From Vicugna vicugna (taxonomy: Eukaryota), in contig MU058463.1 of assembly GCA_013265495.1 (NCBI GenBank), positions 4,238,244 to 4,302,243 on the forward strand: a DNA stretch of 64,000 nucleotides. Direction: 5' to 3'. A model generated the notes under the pieces. That model was not told the origin of the DNA. It searched no databases and was given only the letters and a program-made list of their open reading frames with translations. The position numbers were made by a program, and so were the translations under genes. The number at the start of each line of letters is the position of its first letter. Position 1 is the stretch's first letter. Shown here piece by piece: positions 23,413 through 35,000 of the stretch.

Positions 23413-25899
23413 TTTCTGAAATATAAAATCTAAGTGCTACAAAAATTTGAAACTTAATAGTCAAAATAGCTATCTTTTTGTGTGCTTACTATGTGCCACA
23501 AATTAACCTAAGTACTTTATCTGTGTTCTACATGACCTCATTAATCCTTGCCAAAACTATAGGGTTCTATAGTTACTTGAATTTTTCAGATGAGGAAACT
23601 GAGGCTCAGGAGGCTTAAGAGTCAGTGTGACTATATCATGTTAATACAGGTATACTGCAATTGCAGACCCTCTGCATAACCTACCTCTCAAAGAAATAAT
23701 TATTAGCTTATTCTGCCTGAACATTGCTGGTAGGAAACCTTCACAGGTTTACTTAATTTGCCTTTAACTAGGGTGAAGAACGCTCCCTGGGACCAGCTGT
23801 CTTGTTTTTTTTTCCCCCTGTACTAAATTCAGAAGGTCTCAGGCAAATTGGGGCAGTTGATCGGTCCACTGGGATTTCAGGGAAGTGAAGCCAAGCCTTT
23901 AAAAGCAGATTGCTTGAACTTTCCTCGAGTTTTAGTTTACAAGTGGTTCTTATGATAAAAGTAAACTATACTTCAATTAAAAAAAAGAAAGAAAGAAAAA
24001 AGTGGTCACCAAGTATTCTGTTCCATCCTGGCAGTGCCCCTCCCTGGGAGGGGTGCATATCCCTTTCCTGGCCACATGACTGGGGTTTGGCTAGTGAAGC
24101 AGTGATTCGTGGTTTGTCATATCTCTTTCCTCTTTGCCATGACAATCTTCTAGCAGATATGAGGTAGAGCTGAGCTACAGCCAGCCTCTCTGATGAATAT
24201 GTAGTGTGAGCAAGGACAATAACCCCTTTATTTTTGGTCTATCTTGACTGACATAGGTACCGTCAGCCCTCAGGCATGAAGCCAAGTGCTGAAGATACAA
24301 TAGTGAGCATATTAGATGTGGTTCTTTCCTCTCGTGGAACTCAGATTCTAAGAGAGGTGACAAAAATTAATCAAATAGAAAAATTAACGTAAAAGTGAAA
24401 GTGCAATAAAAGTTTTGAAGGAAACCAATTATTGGTAAAATTTAAAGGCATTTCTTTAAAATGCTGCTGTACCTCTTTTCAGAAAAGCCTGAAGCAGTTT
24501 ACAAAATCAAATACAGTGCACAGCTTAGACCAGAGACATTAATAGAGCAGAGGAACCAATGTCACAGGGCCGTGAGATAAATCAATTACTACAGTAGGGC
24601 ACAGTAATTATTTCTTCTCTGGAGCTAAGGCAGAAAGGGAGGTAGTTGGGCAATGCAATTCTTATTGTTTGACAGCAGGATGTAGGCTAGATATTTGAGT
24701 GAATTTTTTCTTATCCTGAGTCAAGAAGCAATTTATCAAGTGAGTTTTCACACGAGAGGCATTTTGCAACCTAACAGGCAATAACTGTAAATTTGGCCTT
24801 GCAAAAGTCATGGGAATATTGTTTAAGTGGATATTCCTGATATAAACTGTCTATAAAAGCTGAATAGAATAAAACTCTTAATTCAGGGAAGCCATTTCTG
24901 CAGGGAGCTTAGGTAATAAAAGCCGGATTGGTTTCTGCCATCTGACCCACAGTTTAGGGGGAGGGGAGGCAGTGCTGGAAGAAAGATGAGAAAGTGTGTG
25001 TCTGTAGGTGACCCTTAGGACTCTGACATCACAGGCCTCATAGGAGCCTATGGAAGCGGCTGTTTTTACATTGGCTTGTGGTTGGGTTTTTTCACCTCAG
25101 ACCGTAGATTATGTTCCATGTTGTTGGCAGAAGAATCCACCCATCAATTCATTTTAGAGGCCAGAAGGAGGCTGACTGCCAGTGTGTCATAGGAACTCAT
25201 GATCCTGATGCCTGTCTTTGTCATTCATCACTCACACAGGGGCCTGTGGGGAGGATCAACATTTTCCTCCAAAAGGAGCATCACATTTTTTCAAATACTT
25301 CAATACTTTAGTGAAGAGACCAGCATTTAACACCATAAAACATCAAAGTTTGTAATAGGCTGTTTCAGCCAAACAGGAAGCTGACAGGCCGTTCCCGGCA
25401 CATTAAGTGGAGGGACGAGGAGCAGTGGTCCCAATCAGCACAGTGTTTGGGGACAAGGCCTGCCGCACGGTCCGGTCACTTCCTTCTGGGAAAGCTGATT
25501 AGACTGTGTGGATCAGGGCGGCGCCACAGACGTGAGCACAGAACCGTGTGAGTTTAGCGGGACGTTTGTCAGAGTTTCTCATGATTTCTGCAGCAGGCAG
25601 ACATAACTCAAACACAAGTGTTGAAGACATGTTTCATTTGTAAAATTTCTGTAACCGAATATATTTTCTCATTGAATCCTTATTCTGCTGAATGGCAGAA
25701 GTGGAATCAGTTGGTAACGAGGATCTCCGCCTCCCTCATCTTCCTGGACTGCGTCGGGAGCGGAGGACACTTCTGCTGCCTCAAGGCACTGGGTAGGGGA
25801 CATCAGGTACTGGGTATTGAGGCTAGGCTGTCATCTAAGCTGGCTTCAGCGGGGACATCCTTGCTCCTTCTGGCCTTTGGTCTCTGGCCCACCTAAGCT

Positions 25900-26190
25900 T
25901 AGTGATGTGCTGTACAATGTTGTGATTATAGTTAACAGAACTGTATTGTGCACTTAAAAATGGATTGAGCGTGGATCTCACTTTAAGTGTTCTTAATACA
26001 CACACACACAGACCCACACACAAAAGGATAAAAGGAGACTTTTGGAGTTGGTGGATATTTCTTTTACCTTGATTGTGGCGATGATTTGATGTGTGTATGC
26101 ATATATCCAAACTTATCAAATTATATACATAAAATATGTGCAGGTTTTTATATATCAACTGTACCTCAATAATGCTGTTTTTAAAAAGCT
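25900..26190 (+). mobile_element. Old L1M 3' end fragment
   Basis: 'ctgtattgtgcacttaaaaat...ccttgattgtggcgatg...atcaactgtacctcaataa'. Confidence 0.65.
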
Positions 26191-27279
26191 GTTTTAAAAA
26201 AATAACATGTCACCAGTAGTGGTCTAAATGCCTTTCACATTAATTTATTGCCCTATCACATAACCTTATGAGATGGTTACCCATCAGTCAGTATGCCCAT
26301 TTTATAGTTGAGGAAACTGAGACAGAGTGAAAAGTAATTTACTCGACTTCACTGAACTAGTAAGAGCTGGAGTTGGGACCAGCATGGAGACAGACTAAAG
26401 TCAGATCCTATGCCCTTAACCCAGCACTGTGCTCCCTCCTGAAACACCCTTCCTTTGGACCCCGTCACTCCAGACTACCCCCATCACTCCTGCTCTCCTC
26501 CCACCTCTCTGTGCTTCTCTGTGTCCCGCCTGACTCCTCCTTCTCAGTCAGCCCACTCTGCCTGGTGCTGTCGGAGCTCTACCCAGGCTTCTTGTGCTGA
26601 ACCCCCTCACCACGGGCTCCTTGCGGGTCTCGTGGGCCCTGACTACCAGTCAAAGGCAGGTGACTCCTTGGTCTGTCTCCTTGGCTCATTCTGCTACCCC
26701 AAGCGTCAGGCTCAGATGTTCGCTGCCTCTGAGCTATCTCTACCTGGATGTCCTTAGGTACCTAATGCACCATCTTTCCACCTAAGTCGACTTCTCCTGT
26801 ATACTCCATATCTCACGTGGGCTCATCCATGCTGGAAAACTAGGAGTCACATTTGCCCTCCCTCTCCACCCTCCAGTCTATTTAATCACCAAGTTTGGGA
26901 AATTTCACTTTTCCCTTGACCACCACTCTGGTTCGAGCCCCTACCATTTCTTACTATGGCCTCTTTTGAAAAAGCCTCCTAAGTGGTCTCTTTGCTTCCA
27001 CCCTTGTCCTCTTCAGTGCAGCCTCCTTTAAACTGTGAGAGTTCTCTCTAAAACATGAGTCTTTGCTATTTGTTTGTGTAAATCCCTCAAAGACTTTCCA
27101 TCATTTACAGAAGTTTTTCTGTTTGTTTGTTTGTTGGTTTTTTAAATGTGGCTCTTGGGTAAGGTGCATCAGAACTACATGAGGGCTTGTTAAAATAGAA
27201 GATTTCTGGCTCCTGCTCAGACTTAGAACTCAGCACCTCTGGGGATGCACCTGACCCTGACCCAGCGACCCAGGGGAGA

Positions 27280-27296
27280 CAGCGCCCCCTACTGTG
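27280..27296 (-). promoter_or_regulatory. Candidate CTCF site
   Basis: Reverse complement CACAGTAGGGGGCGCTG closely matches the CTCF core CCASYAGRKGGCRS. Confidence 0.55.
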
Positions 27297-28059
27297 CCAG
27301 ATTGGTTTTCCAGCCCCTTGAGTGGGAAGAAGCTAGGAAGTCACTCATTATTTTGTCAATAAAGTGGATGTTTTAAGTTAAAACCTCTCATAGAATTAGA
27401 AAACCTGGTGTGAGGTATAATACACATTCACCAAATAATAATAAGCCTTATTCTAATTTGTGACATTTTCTGGCATTCAGTGAAAATGTTCTGCCTTTTA
27501 TTATCTTATGGAACGTATCTCACTTGCTTGTGTGATTTTCCCTTTGTCTTTCTAGACATTTTCATCCTAAAGTTATGTAAGTATTGGAAGCCTAATTGCC
27601 ACTGCTACTTTTAGTAACTTTCATTCACTGTTGGGGTTTTTATTTCCATAAAATAGTGACATGGCAAGAATAATACCACAGTTATTGGTAAAGTTAATTG
27701 GCATCCCGTTCTTTCAGTATTTCTTATTTTATCAGTAATGCCCAGAGTTAGAATGGTTGCAGTCCGTATAGCATCTGACACAGTTCTGAGCACCTCGTGG
27801 GTGCTGGATTAGCTGCAGTGTGTAGAAGGAATGCATTGCTTTCAATCAGTTTGATCTTGCGACCTCCAAGTGTTTGCATGGTGCTATTTCTCATTAAGGC
27901 AGCTTTTCCTTCCAAAATTTCAGCGCTAAGTCTTTTGGGCTACTCTGGAGGGAAGAATAGGCAACTGTGCAGCCCAAATCACTGTCCATGTCTTTATGAA
28001 GAATCCGAATTAGGTCCGAATTAGGCCCAAGGGCATCCATTCCTTTCTACTTCCATTCA

Positions 28060-28562
28060 TTCTGTTTCCATTCATTTGTTAAAATGAGTTAGTCCTATGA
28101 ATTAGACTTTTTACATTCCAAATATAAGTGAGATCATACCATGTTTCTGTGTCTGGCTTAATTCACTTAGCACAGCATCCTCCAGATTCATCCGTGTTGT
28201 CACGAATAGCAGGATTTCCATCTTTTTTATGACTGAATAATGACTTTGTGTATATGTGTGTGTGTATATATATATATACATATATATGGTGTGTCTATAT
28301 ATGATCTGTCTATTTATCTATCCATCTATCTAAATAATATCTACCTACCTATCCGTCAACCTATCTATTTATCTAAATCTCTCTCTCTCTACACCACTTA
28401 TGGAATCAGGGAGTAGAATCGTTGAGAGATGCTGGTCAAATGGTATCAATTTTCAGTTATAAAATGGAGAATTTCCAGGGATCTAATGTACATCAGGGTG
28501 GCTACAGTTAACAACACTGTATTGTACACTTGAAATTTGCTAAGGATAGATCTTAAGTGTTC

Positions 28563-28603
<41 letters not shown>

Positions 28604-28670
28604 TAACTGTGTGAAGTGACAGATGTGTTAATTAACTTGATTGTGGTCATCATTTCACAATGTATATTAA
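28060..28670 (+). mobile_element. Old L1MA-like 3' fragment with 5' inversion, containing TA/CTAT/CA microsatellites
   Basis: Minus-strand L1 piece at ~28060-28250 followed by a plus-strand L1 3' end at ~28400-28670; (CA)n at 28567-28601. Confidence 0.7.
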
Positions 28671-29632
28671 TGCATATTTAGTGCCTGATGGGCCCTTAAT
28701 CTAGTATCTTCCAGGTCAACTCAGTCCTGTTAGTGATTCTCATATAAACCTCCTTTACCAGCTGAAGCTCCAGCGAGTCGCAGTGTGGTGGGAGGGATCT
28801 TGCCTGTGGCCGTCTTGTGCTGATGAGAGCTGATGTGTGGACGCGTCTGGTCTTGGGCATCGCCATCCTTTCAGGCTGTACCTGTTGCGGTGTCACAGTC
28901 CACCTGGCCTCTGTGTCATGGGCCACACTGCCGTCTGAGGCTAAGTCCCCTTGTCATGCCAGTGGGACCCTTTTGAGCCCACCAGCTCTCAAAGTCCCAT
29001 CCACCCCCTCTTTCCTTTTGGGGCTCATGGGGATCGTGAAGCTGCCCAAGCCCATCTGCCCTTGTTTCCCACAATTCCATCTTGCCTCTCCCGGCGCTGG
29101 TGCCTTAGAGGAACCCCAGGTGGATCGCAGGGCAATGGCTCCTCTCCTTTCAGATCCCCAAGCTCACATGCAGCCCTCTATCCTCTTCTCTGACAGACAC
29201 TGAGGAGGTGGAGTGGGCACAGGAAACCTGCTTCCAGTGACTAAGTTTTTTTAATAAGTCTATGCAGGGCGTAGCAGAAAAGACAGATGCTCCCTCATTG
29301 TGTCTATCCCCAAACCTCTCTGTCTCACACCCATAGAGGTCAAAACTGCTCCAAAGCCAAGAATGTGGTAACTATTCTTGCATCCCCCCTGGTTTTCCAC
29401 ACACGGGTAGGGCACATTGTTAAATTCAGGAGAACCCACGTCAGCTCGCAGTTCGGGAACTTCCCACTCTTTTGTAAGTGTTGTCATGGGAACAGATGAG
29501 GTCACTGGAGGGTCTGACGGACAGCAGGTCTCCTGAGAGCATCGGAATCACCTGGAGGGCTTGTTAAAACACAGGCTGTGGGTCCCACCCCAGACTTTTA
29601 GTAGGGCTACAATAGGGACCAGTAATTTGCAT

Positions 29633-29839
29633 TCGGGATGGCAAGATTTAGCAAATAAAAATACAAGATGTCCAATTAAATTTGAATTTCAGATAAAAAA
29701 CAAATGTTTTTAAGGATAAGTATGTCCCCTAGTATTGCACGAGGTATATTTATCTTGAATTTTTAATCATAAAATTTATTCATAGCTGATCTAAAAGTTA
29801 CAATTTAACCAGGTATCCTCTCTTCTATCTGGCAACCAA
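29633..29839. mobile_element. Non-autonomous hAT element (MER53-like) inserted into a MER5A-like element (~29535-29910)
   Basis: Degenerate TIRs (gggatggcaagat / atctggcaacc) and a perfect 8-bp TSD atttgcat at 29625-29632 and 29840-29847. Confidence 0.7.
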
Positions 29840-31449
29840 ATTTGCATTTCTAACAAGGGCCCTGGTGTTGGGGATGTTGCTGGTCTGGAGACCACAGTTT
29901 GGACCACAAGTCCAGACCAGCATGAGGGCAGAGCCCTAGGGATTACCCAAATTTAAGAAGAATCTGAGCAGGATGAAAGGGAAGCAACAGAATTAAGAGT
30001 GTCTTCTCAGAACCCAAAGGAGGAAAAAGTTTCAAAGACAGAGTGATCAACGGAGAGTTTGAGGGAAGCTGAGGATTGAAAAGAAGTTAGACTTGGCAGT
30101 GAGGGGGCCTCTGGGGTCTCTGTCATTTTTGGTGTATTAATGGGGGCAGGAGCAGCTTGCAGTGATGGAGAGAGTAGAGTGGCAGTGTGGAGATGGCAGT
30201 CTGCATGTGATTATGGGGGGCGGGGCAGGGGGTGCTACTTTGTGAGGCAAAATACAGGGGGATGCAGGGGCACTTGAGGGTATTTTTTATGAAGGGAGAC
30301 AGGAAATATGTTTATGGCGAGAGAAGAATTCAGTAGAGAAGGAATATCTTGAGATTACATAAGACAGAGAATAGCAAATGGGGCCCAAGGCCCAAGGGTT
30401 ACCAGCTGGGGCAGCAGGAGGAAGATGGAAAGAGGGAGAAAACTGGATGGGTTGCAGACTCAGCACCCCTGCCCAGGGCAAACTGTCAGATGTCAGTTTT
30501 ACAGCTTGGCCCCTAAAGGAGAAAGAACATCTGCTTAGAGAAATCTCTGCTGACATTGAAGGTTATCATTGCAAAGTAGAAAAAAACATCTCTCTGTGGG
30601 TGTATGTGTGTGTAGGGGTGCTGAATAGTACATTAAAAAAATTCTGTGTGCTTAAAAAAACTTTTTGTGTTTTTTTTTTGGCTGTAATTTATTCTTTGAG
30701 CCTCTCTTGCATTTGGTTTAATGGGGCTATATTCACAATTTTCCAGAATTGGTTTTTCCTCCTCAGGGCTTTCTTTTTCTCGCGAGTAAGCCATTTTAAT
30801 CTGCATTTGGGGGCTGTGGCTTCTGATTTAGTTTGTACCGCGTGCATTTTCTTCTAGAGCTGCACCTCGCTGGCTGTGCTTTATCCGCGGACATCCCCAC
30901 CCAAACTCACTGGTTTGCCTCTTGCTCTTCATCCTAGCTGTTTCCCGTTTATTTCTGTGTTAAATTAAAAAACATAAGTCTTACATATTCAATAATCTCA
31001 ACCCTAGCATTAAAGCATTGTTTTACTCCATAGTATTAAAATTATCTCAGGCTCAATTTAAAAGGTCAGAGGTAATCTTGGAAGTATCTGTCCCAGAATC
31101 ATTTACTGACTTAGGCTTTTGGTGGTGTCTAGAAGAGTAAATCTCATGAGCCACAGAAAACAATTTTGAGAAATCCTAGAAGGAACAGGAGGCTCAGAGG
31201 CAGAGCCACCAGGCTCTTCCTCCTCTACTCTTGCCTGGCTGGCCTGTTCCCTGCTAAGCTCAAGCTGACTGCAGGAAGGAATACTCCTTGCTCTATTTCT
31301 TTCCTCCTCTCTGCAGTGGGTTGGGTGGACATGGTGGTTAGAGCTCTAGCAGCTTTCTTGGAATGTAGGGGACTTTGAGGATGGAAGCTGGTAATAGAAT
31401 AGAACAGAAAAAAACAGAAGGCTTGGGTCCCTGATTGTGTGGACACGCA

Positions 31450-32026
31450 CTACGGTGACTCCTAGTGGGTCACACCCTTGTATAATGCCCTCTCATTGAG
31501 TTGAGATGAAACCCAGGACTTGCTTCTTTTAATCAATAGAACATGGCAAAGGAGATGGTATATCACTCCCATGTTTATATTACATTGTATGTTGAGGGTG
31601 AAGGAATATTTGAGGTCCCTTATCAGTTGACTTGGAGTTCATCAAAAGGAAGATTATTCTGTGAGGTCTTTGCTGATCAGGCAAGCCTTTAAAAGACGGC
31701 CTGTGCCTTCCCTGAATTCAGGGACTACAACCAGTAGAGAACGTTTTCCTTTATTGCTGACCTTTAAGAAGTAACGCTCCAGGAATTTTACAGCCACAAG
31801 GCAGTGAACTCTGCCAACACCCTAAGAGGGACTGGGAGTACACTCTTCCCTCCTCTCCAGAAGGGAATGCAGCCCAACCAACTCCTTGATTTCAGCATTG
31901 TGAGACCACCTATCTAAGCCATAACCAGAATCCTGACCCATGGAAATTGTGAGATAACAAATGTGTTTTTAAAGCTGTTAAGTTTGAGCTAATTTGTTAT
32001 GCAGCATAGCATAGAACACTAATACA
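31450..32026 (+). mobile_element. MaLR (MLT1-like) LTR, apparently nested in an older MLT1 fragment
   Basis: 'aactctgccaacacc', 'ccttgatttcagc..tgtgagacc', 'cctgacccatggaaattgtgagataacaaatgtg...gttatgcagca...actaataca'. Confidence 0.7.
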
Positions 32027-35000
32027 TTGATGTCCATATTGTTGCTCTAACAGCGTGGGAATGCCTACCTCCAGGCTTCCTTTTACATGAGTAAGAATTA
32101 AATTTCTTGCTTCTTTAAGTCATGGTGATTTTAAATTTTCATTTATAGGCAGCTGAACCTAAACTTAACTCATTCGTGGAGTAATGAGGAAGGATTTACT
32201 GGAGACCAATCATTTGTGGTTGAACTTGAAAAGTAGATACAGCTTCAAAAGGTGGAAACTGGGTAGCTGGAGGTAGACAATATTTCTCATGTGGCAGAGT
32301 TTAAAAGGTGAAGTAGTAGGTGTTATGAAGAAAGAAGTTTCAGTCCAGTTTCATTAGATTGAGTGAGATGAGGCTGAAAAGGTAATTAGCGCCAAGTCAC
32401 AAATCCAAATGAGCCTGGGGATTATTTTTCAAGCAATGGAGAGCATGGAGATTTTCTGACCAGGGTGGGTAGCAGGCTCGGATTGGTGCTTTATTTTAAA
32501 ACGCAGTATGAGTCAGTTCTCTTTAGGTTGTAGGAACATATCTCAAAGCAGATTTTGTCTCAAAGAGATTTATGGGAAGAGAAACAGGAACAGGGAACAG
32601 GAGCCAGGGACCTCAGCAACCGGAATGAGAGACTCATGTCTTAAGGGATCTTTCTCCTCCCTCTCTCCTATTTCACTTTGTTCCCTGCTGTGCTTGCTTA
32701 CGGCTAGAGCATCACCTGTTACAGCTGCCCACCAAATGGGAAAGAAAAGACTTTCCTGCCAGCTCTGGTTCCAGATATGAGTCCTGGAAGTTGCACTTTG
32801 ATTGAACAGCCTTAGAATAATCCCAGAGGCCAAGGGGTGGGATATGGTGATTGGTCTGGCCTGCGTGTCCGTATACATGCACTCATGTCTGATTTCTGCT
32901 ATGAGAAAAAGGAGCTTGGGGAGTAAAAGCAAAATGGTTGCAGGTGTGATTGGAATTTCACAATTCTGTCTTTTTACATCAGAATCTCAAGGGCAGTTGA
33001 CACATTCATACAATTTTACTCCTACCAAGGGAATAAAATTTTAGTTGAATTTACATTTAGTTTAAGAACTGAAGTATGCGCGTATGGTTATTCATAATGT
33101 TCCCAAGTATTTCTCCTTATGAACATCAACCAAACTATAAACTATATAATAAAAAGTAGTTTCCACTGTAAAAGTTTTTAAATGCTCAGTTATTAATTTA
33201 TTGTGTGTCCTAAGTGTGTGAAATACTGTATTTTGCTTATGGAATCCGTCACTGGGAGAAAAGAGAATTTCAGAGTATTTACAGGTGCTTCCAAGTTCTT
33301 GAAATGATCTCAGTGAAACATAGCTTCTTGCTTCAGAAAGCAACATTCTCTTGCTCATGTATTAGTCGACTTAGATAGTAGATTTGTTAAATGAACTCTC
33401 AGTTCATCTAAGAAATATACTATCCTATCCTGTACACTTTACCATACTTGCTTTTGGTGTCTGTGAAGTTTAGTAAGTTTAGGGTCTTTTACTAAATTCT
33501 TGGATATATTCATCATCTGTACATTTTATTGGAAAATATACAGACACATTAAGTTGACTCAAATCTGTAATTGTCATCCATGATAAACAGCCATCTCAGG
33601 AACTGAAGATACCAGCATTTAAAATGCTCCAAATGTGTTTTCCTTTCTTTCTTTCTTTTTTTTTTTTTAATGTGGCTGAAAGACTTGCTGGAAGACTCCC
33701 CATCAGTTCTTGGTGGGTGCAGCTGATACTTTCTACCACTAGGTGCCACTCTTCCTCCATCACATCTGAATCTAGAGTCTCAGAACAGTGCTGTGGATGT
33801 AAAACCAACTAGGTTCTCTTTCTCCCGGCTACTGTTTAAATGAAGTTTCCATTACTTCATGTATTTACTCATCACTGTAACCATACGGTATTTTGAACGT
33901 GCTTGACTAAGCACTCACCACTGTAGAAGGTGACATTCACACCTCCTTTCTGTGGTATCATCCTACACCCCATGTCGGAAAACTAAAGATTATCAGCACC
34001 CTGGTTGCTACTAACTCTTCTTATTTGAAGGAAGCTACAGGGTTATAATCTCACTAAAAAGGCGATTGGCCTGCCCATGATTTCTCCCTGACAAGGTGGC
34101 ATATTACAGTATCCTAATAATTGTATACATGAGATAATAAAAAATACAAAATTCTAAGTTATTAGTTATGTCTTATTAATCACCCAGAGATATTATTATT
34201 GATATGCTGTGCATCCTTGGAGGAGGAGAATGTCTGGAATCTGTTTATGGTCTCCTGCTAAGTGTGTTGAGCTGATAGGGAGCCTGTTTGTTTGACTTTC
34301 TTGGAAGCCCTTCCCCTACCCACTGCCTCTGAATGCACAGTAAACATTTCTGAAGATGAAGAGGACATAAACCACCTCACTTTTATGTCTACCAGACCCT
34401 TTCGAGAAAAGATGCATACATTTTATCAGAGCGTCAGATTTTCAAGTCAGCAATTCTAAGTACTAAAACTTTAAAATTTTCTCTCCCCAGTGGATTAAAA
34501 AAATACAAGACAGGAAACAATTAAAAGCTAAATAAATTGTGATTTAAAACTTAAAACAGGCCAACTGGGCAAATTAGATAATTGGAGCTTATTTATTCAC
34601 TGTTGTCTTCCCTCAGATTCACCCATCCAGTTTAGTTAGTCATTCACTGTCTCATTCATTCAACAAATGTTCAGTGGGCCAGCTCATGTATTTCAGATAC
34701 AAAAATAAAATGAAATGGCCTCTATTTTGTGGAGGCTTAAAGCTTAGGATGAAGTGGGGCTAGTAAGGAGGGGGAGGAGAGTCAGATCTGTATTCAGAAA
34801 ATTGGCACAGTGATAACTCACAGGGTCATCTTTCATTAGGGCAGAACAACAAGAAATGAGTATAAGAGCCTTTTGGTGACTTTAACATATCTTGAGACTA
34901 AGTGGATGACAATGTTCCACTGTCTGGGTAGATGTGTCCTGAACCTGCTAATAGTCCTCCAGGTAGATGGCTCCCACCTGCCAGTTATGCCACAGCACTG

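Noticed and set aside
28013..28026. tccgaattagg tandem duplication
   Set aside because: A short local slippage duplication with no further structure.
30378..30857. 159-aa ORF
   Set aside because: No recognisable domain; runs through low-complexity T-rich sequence with no exon or codon-bias support.
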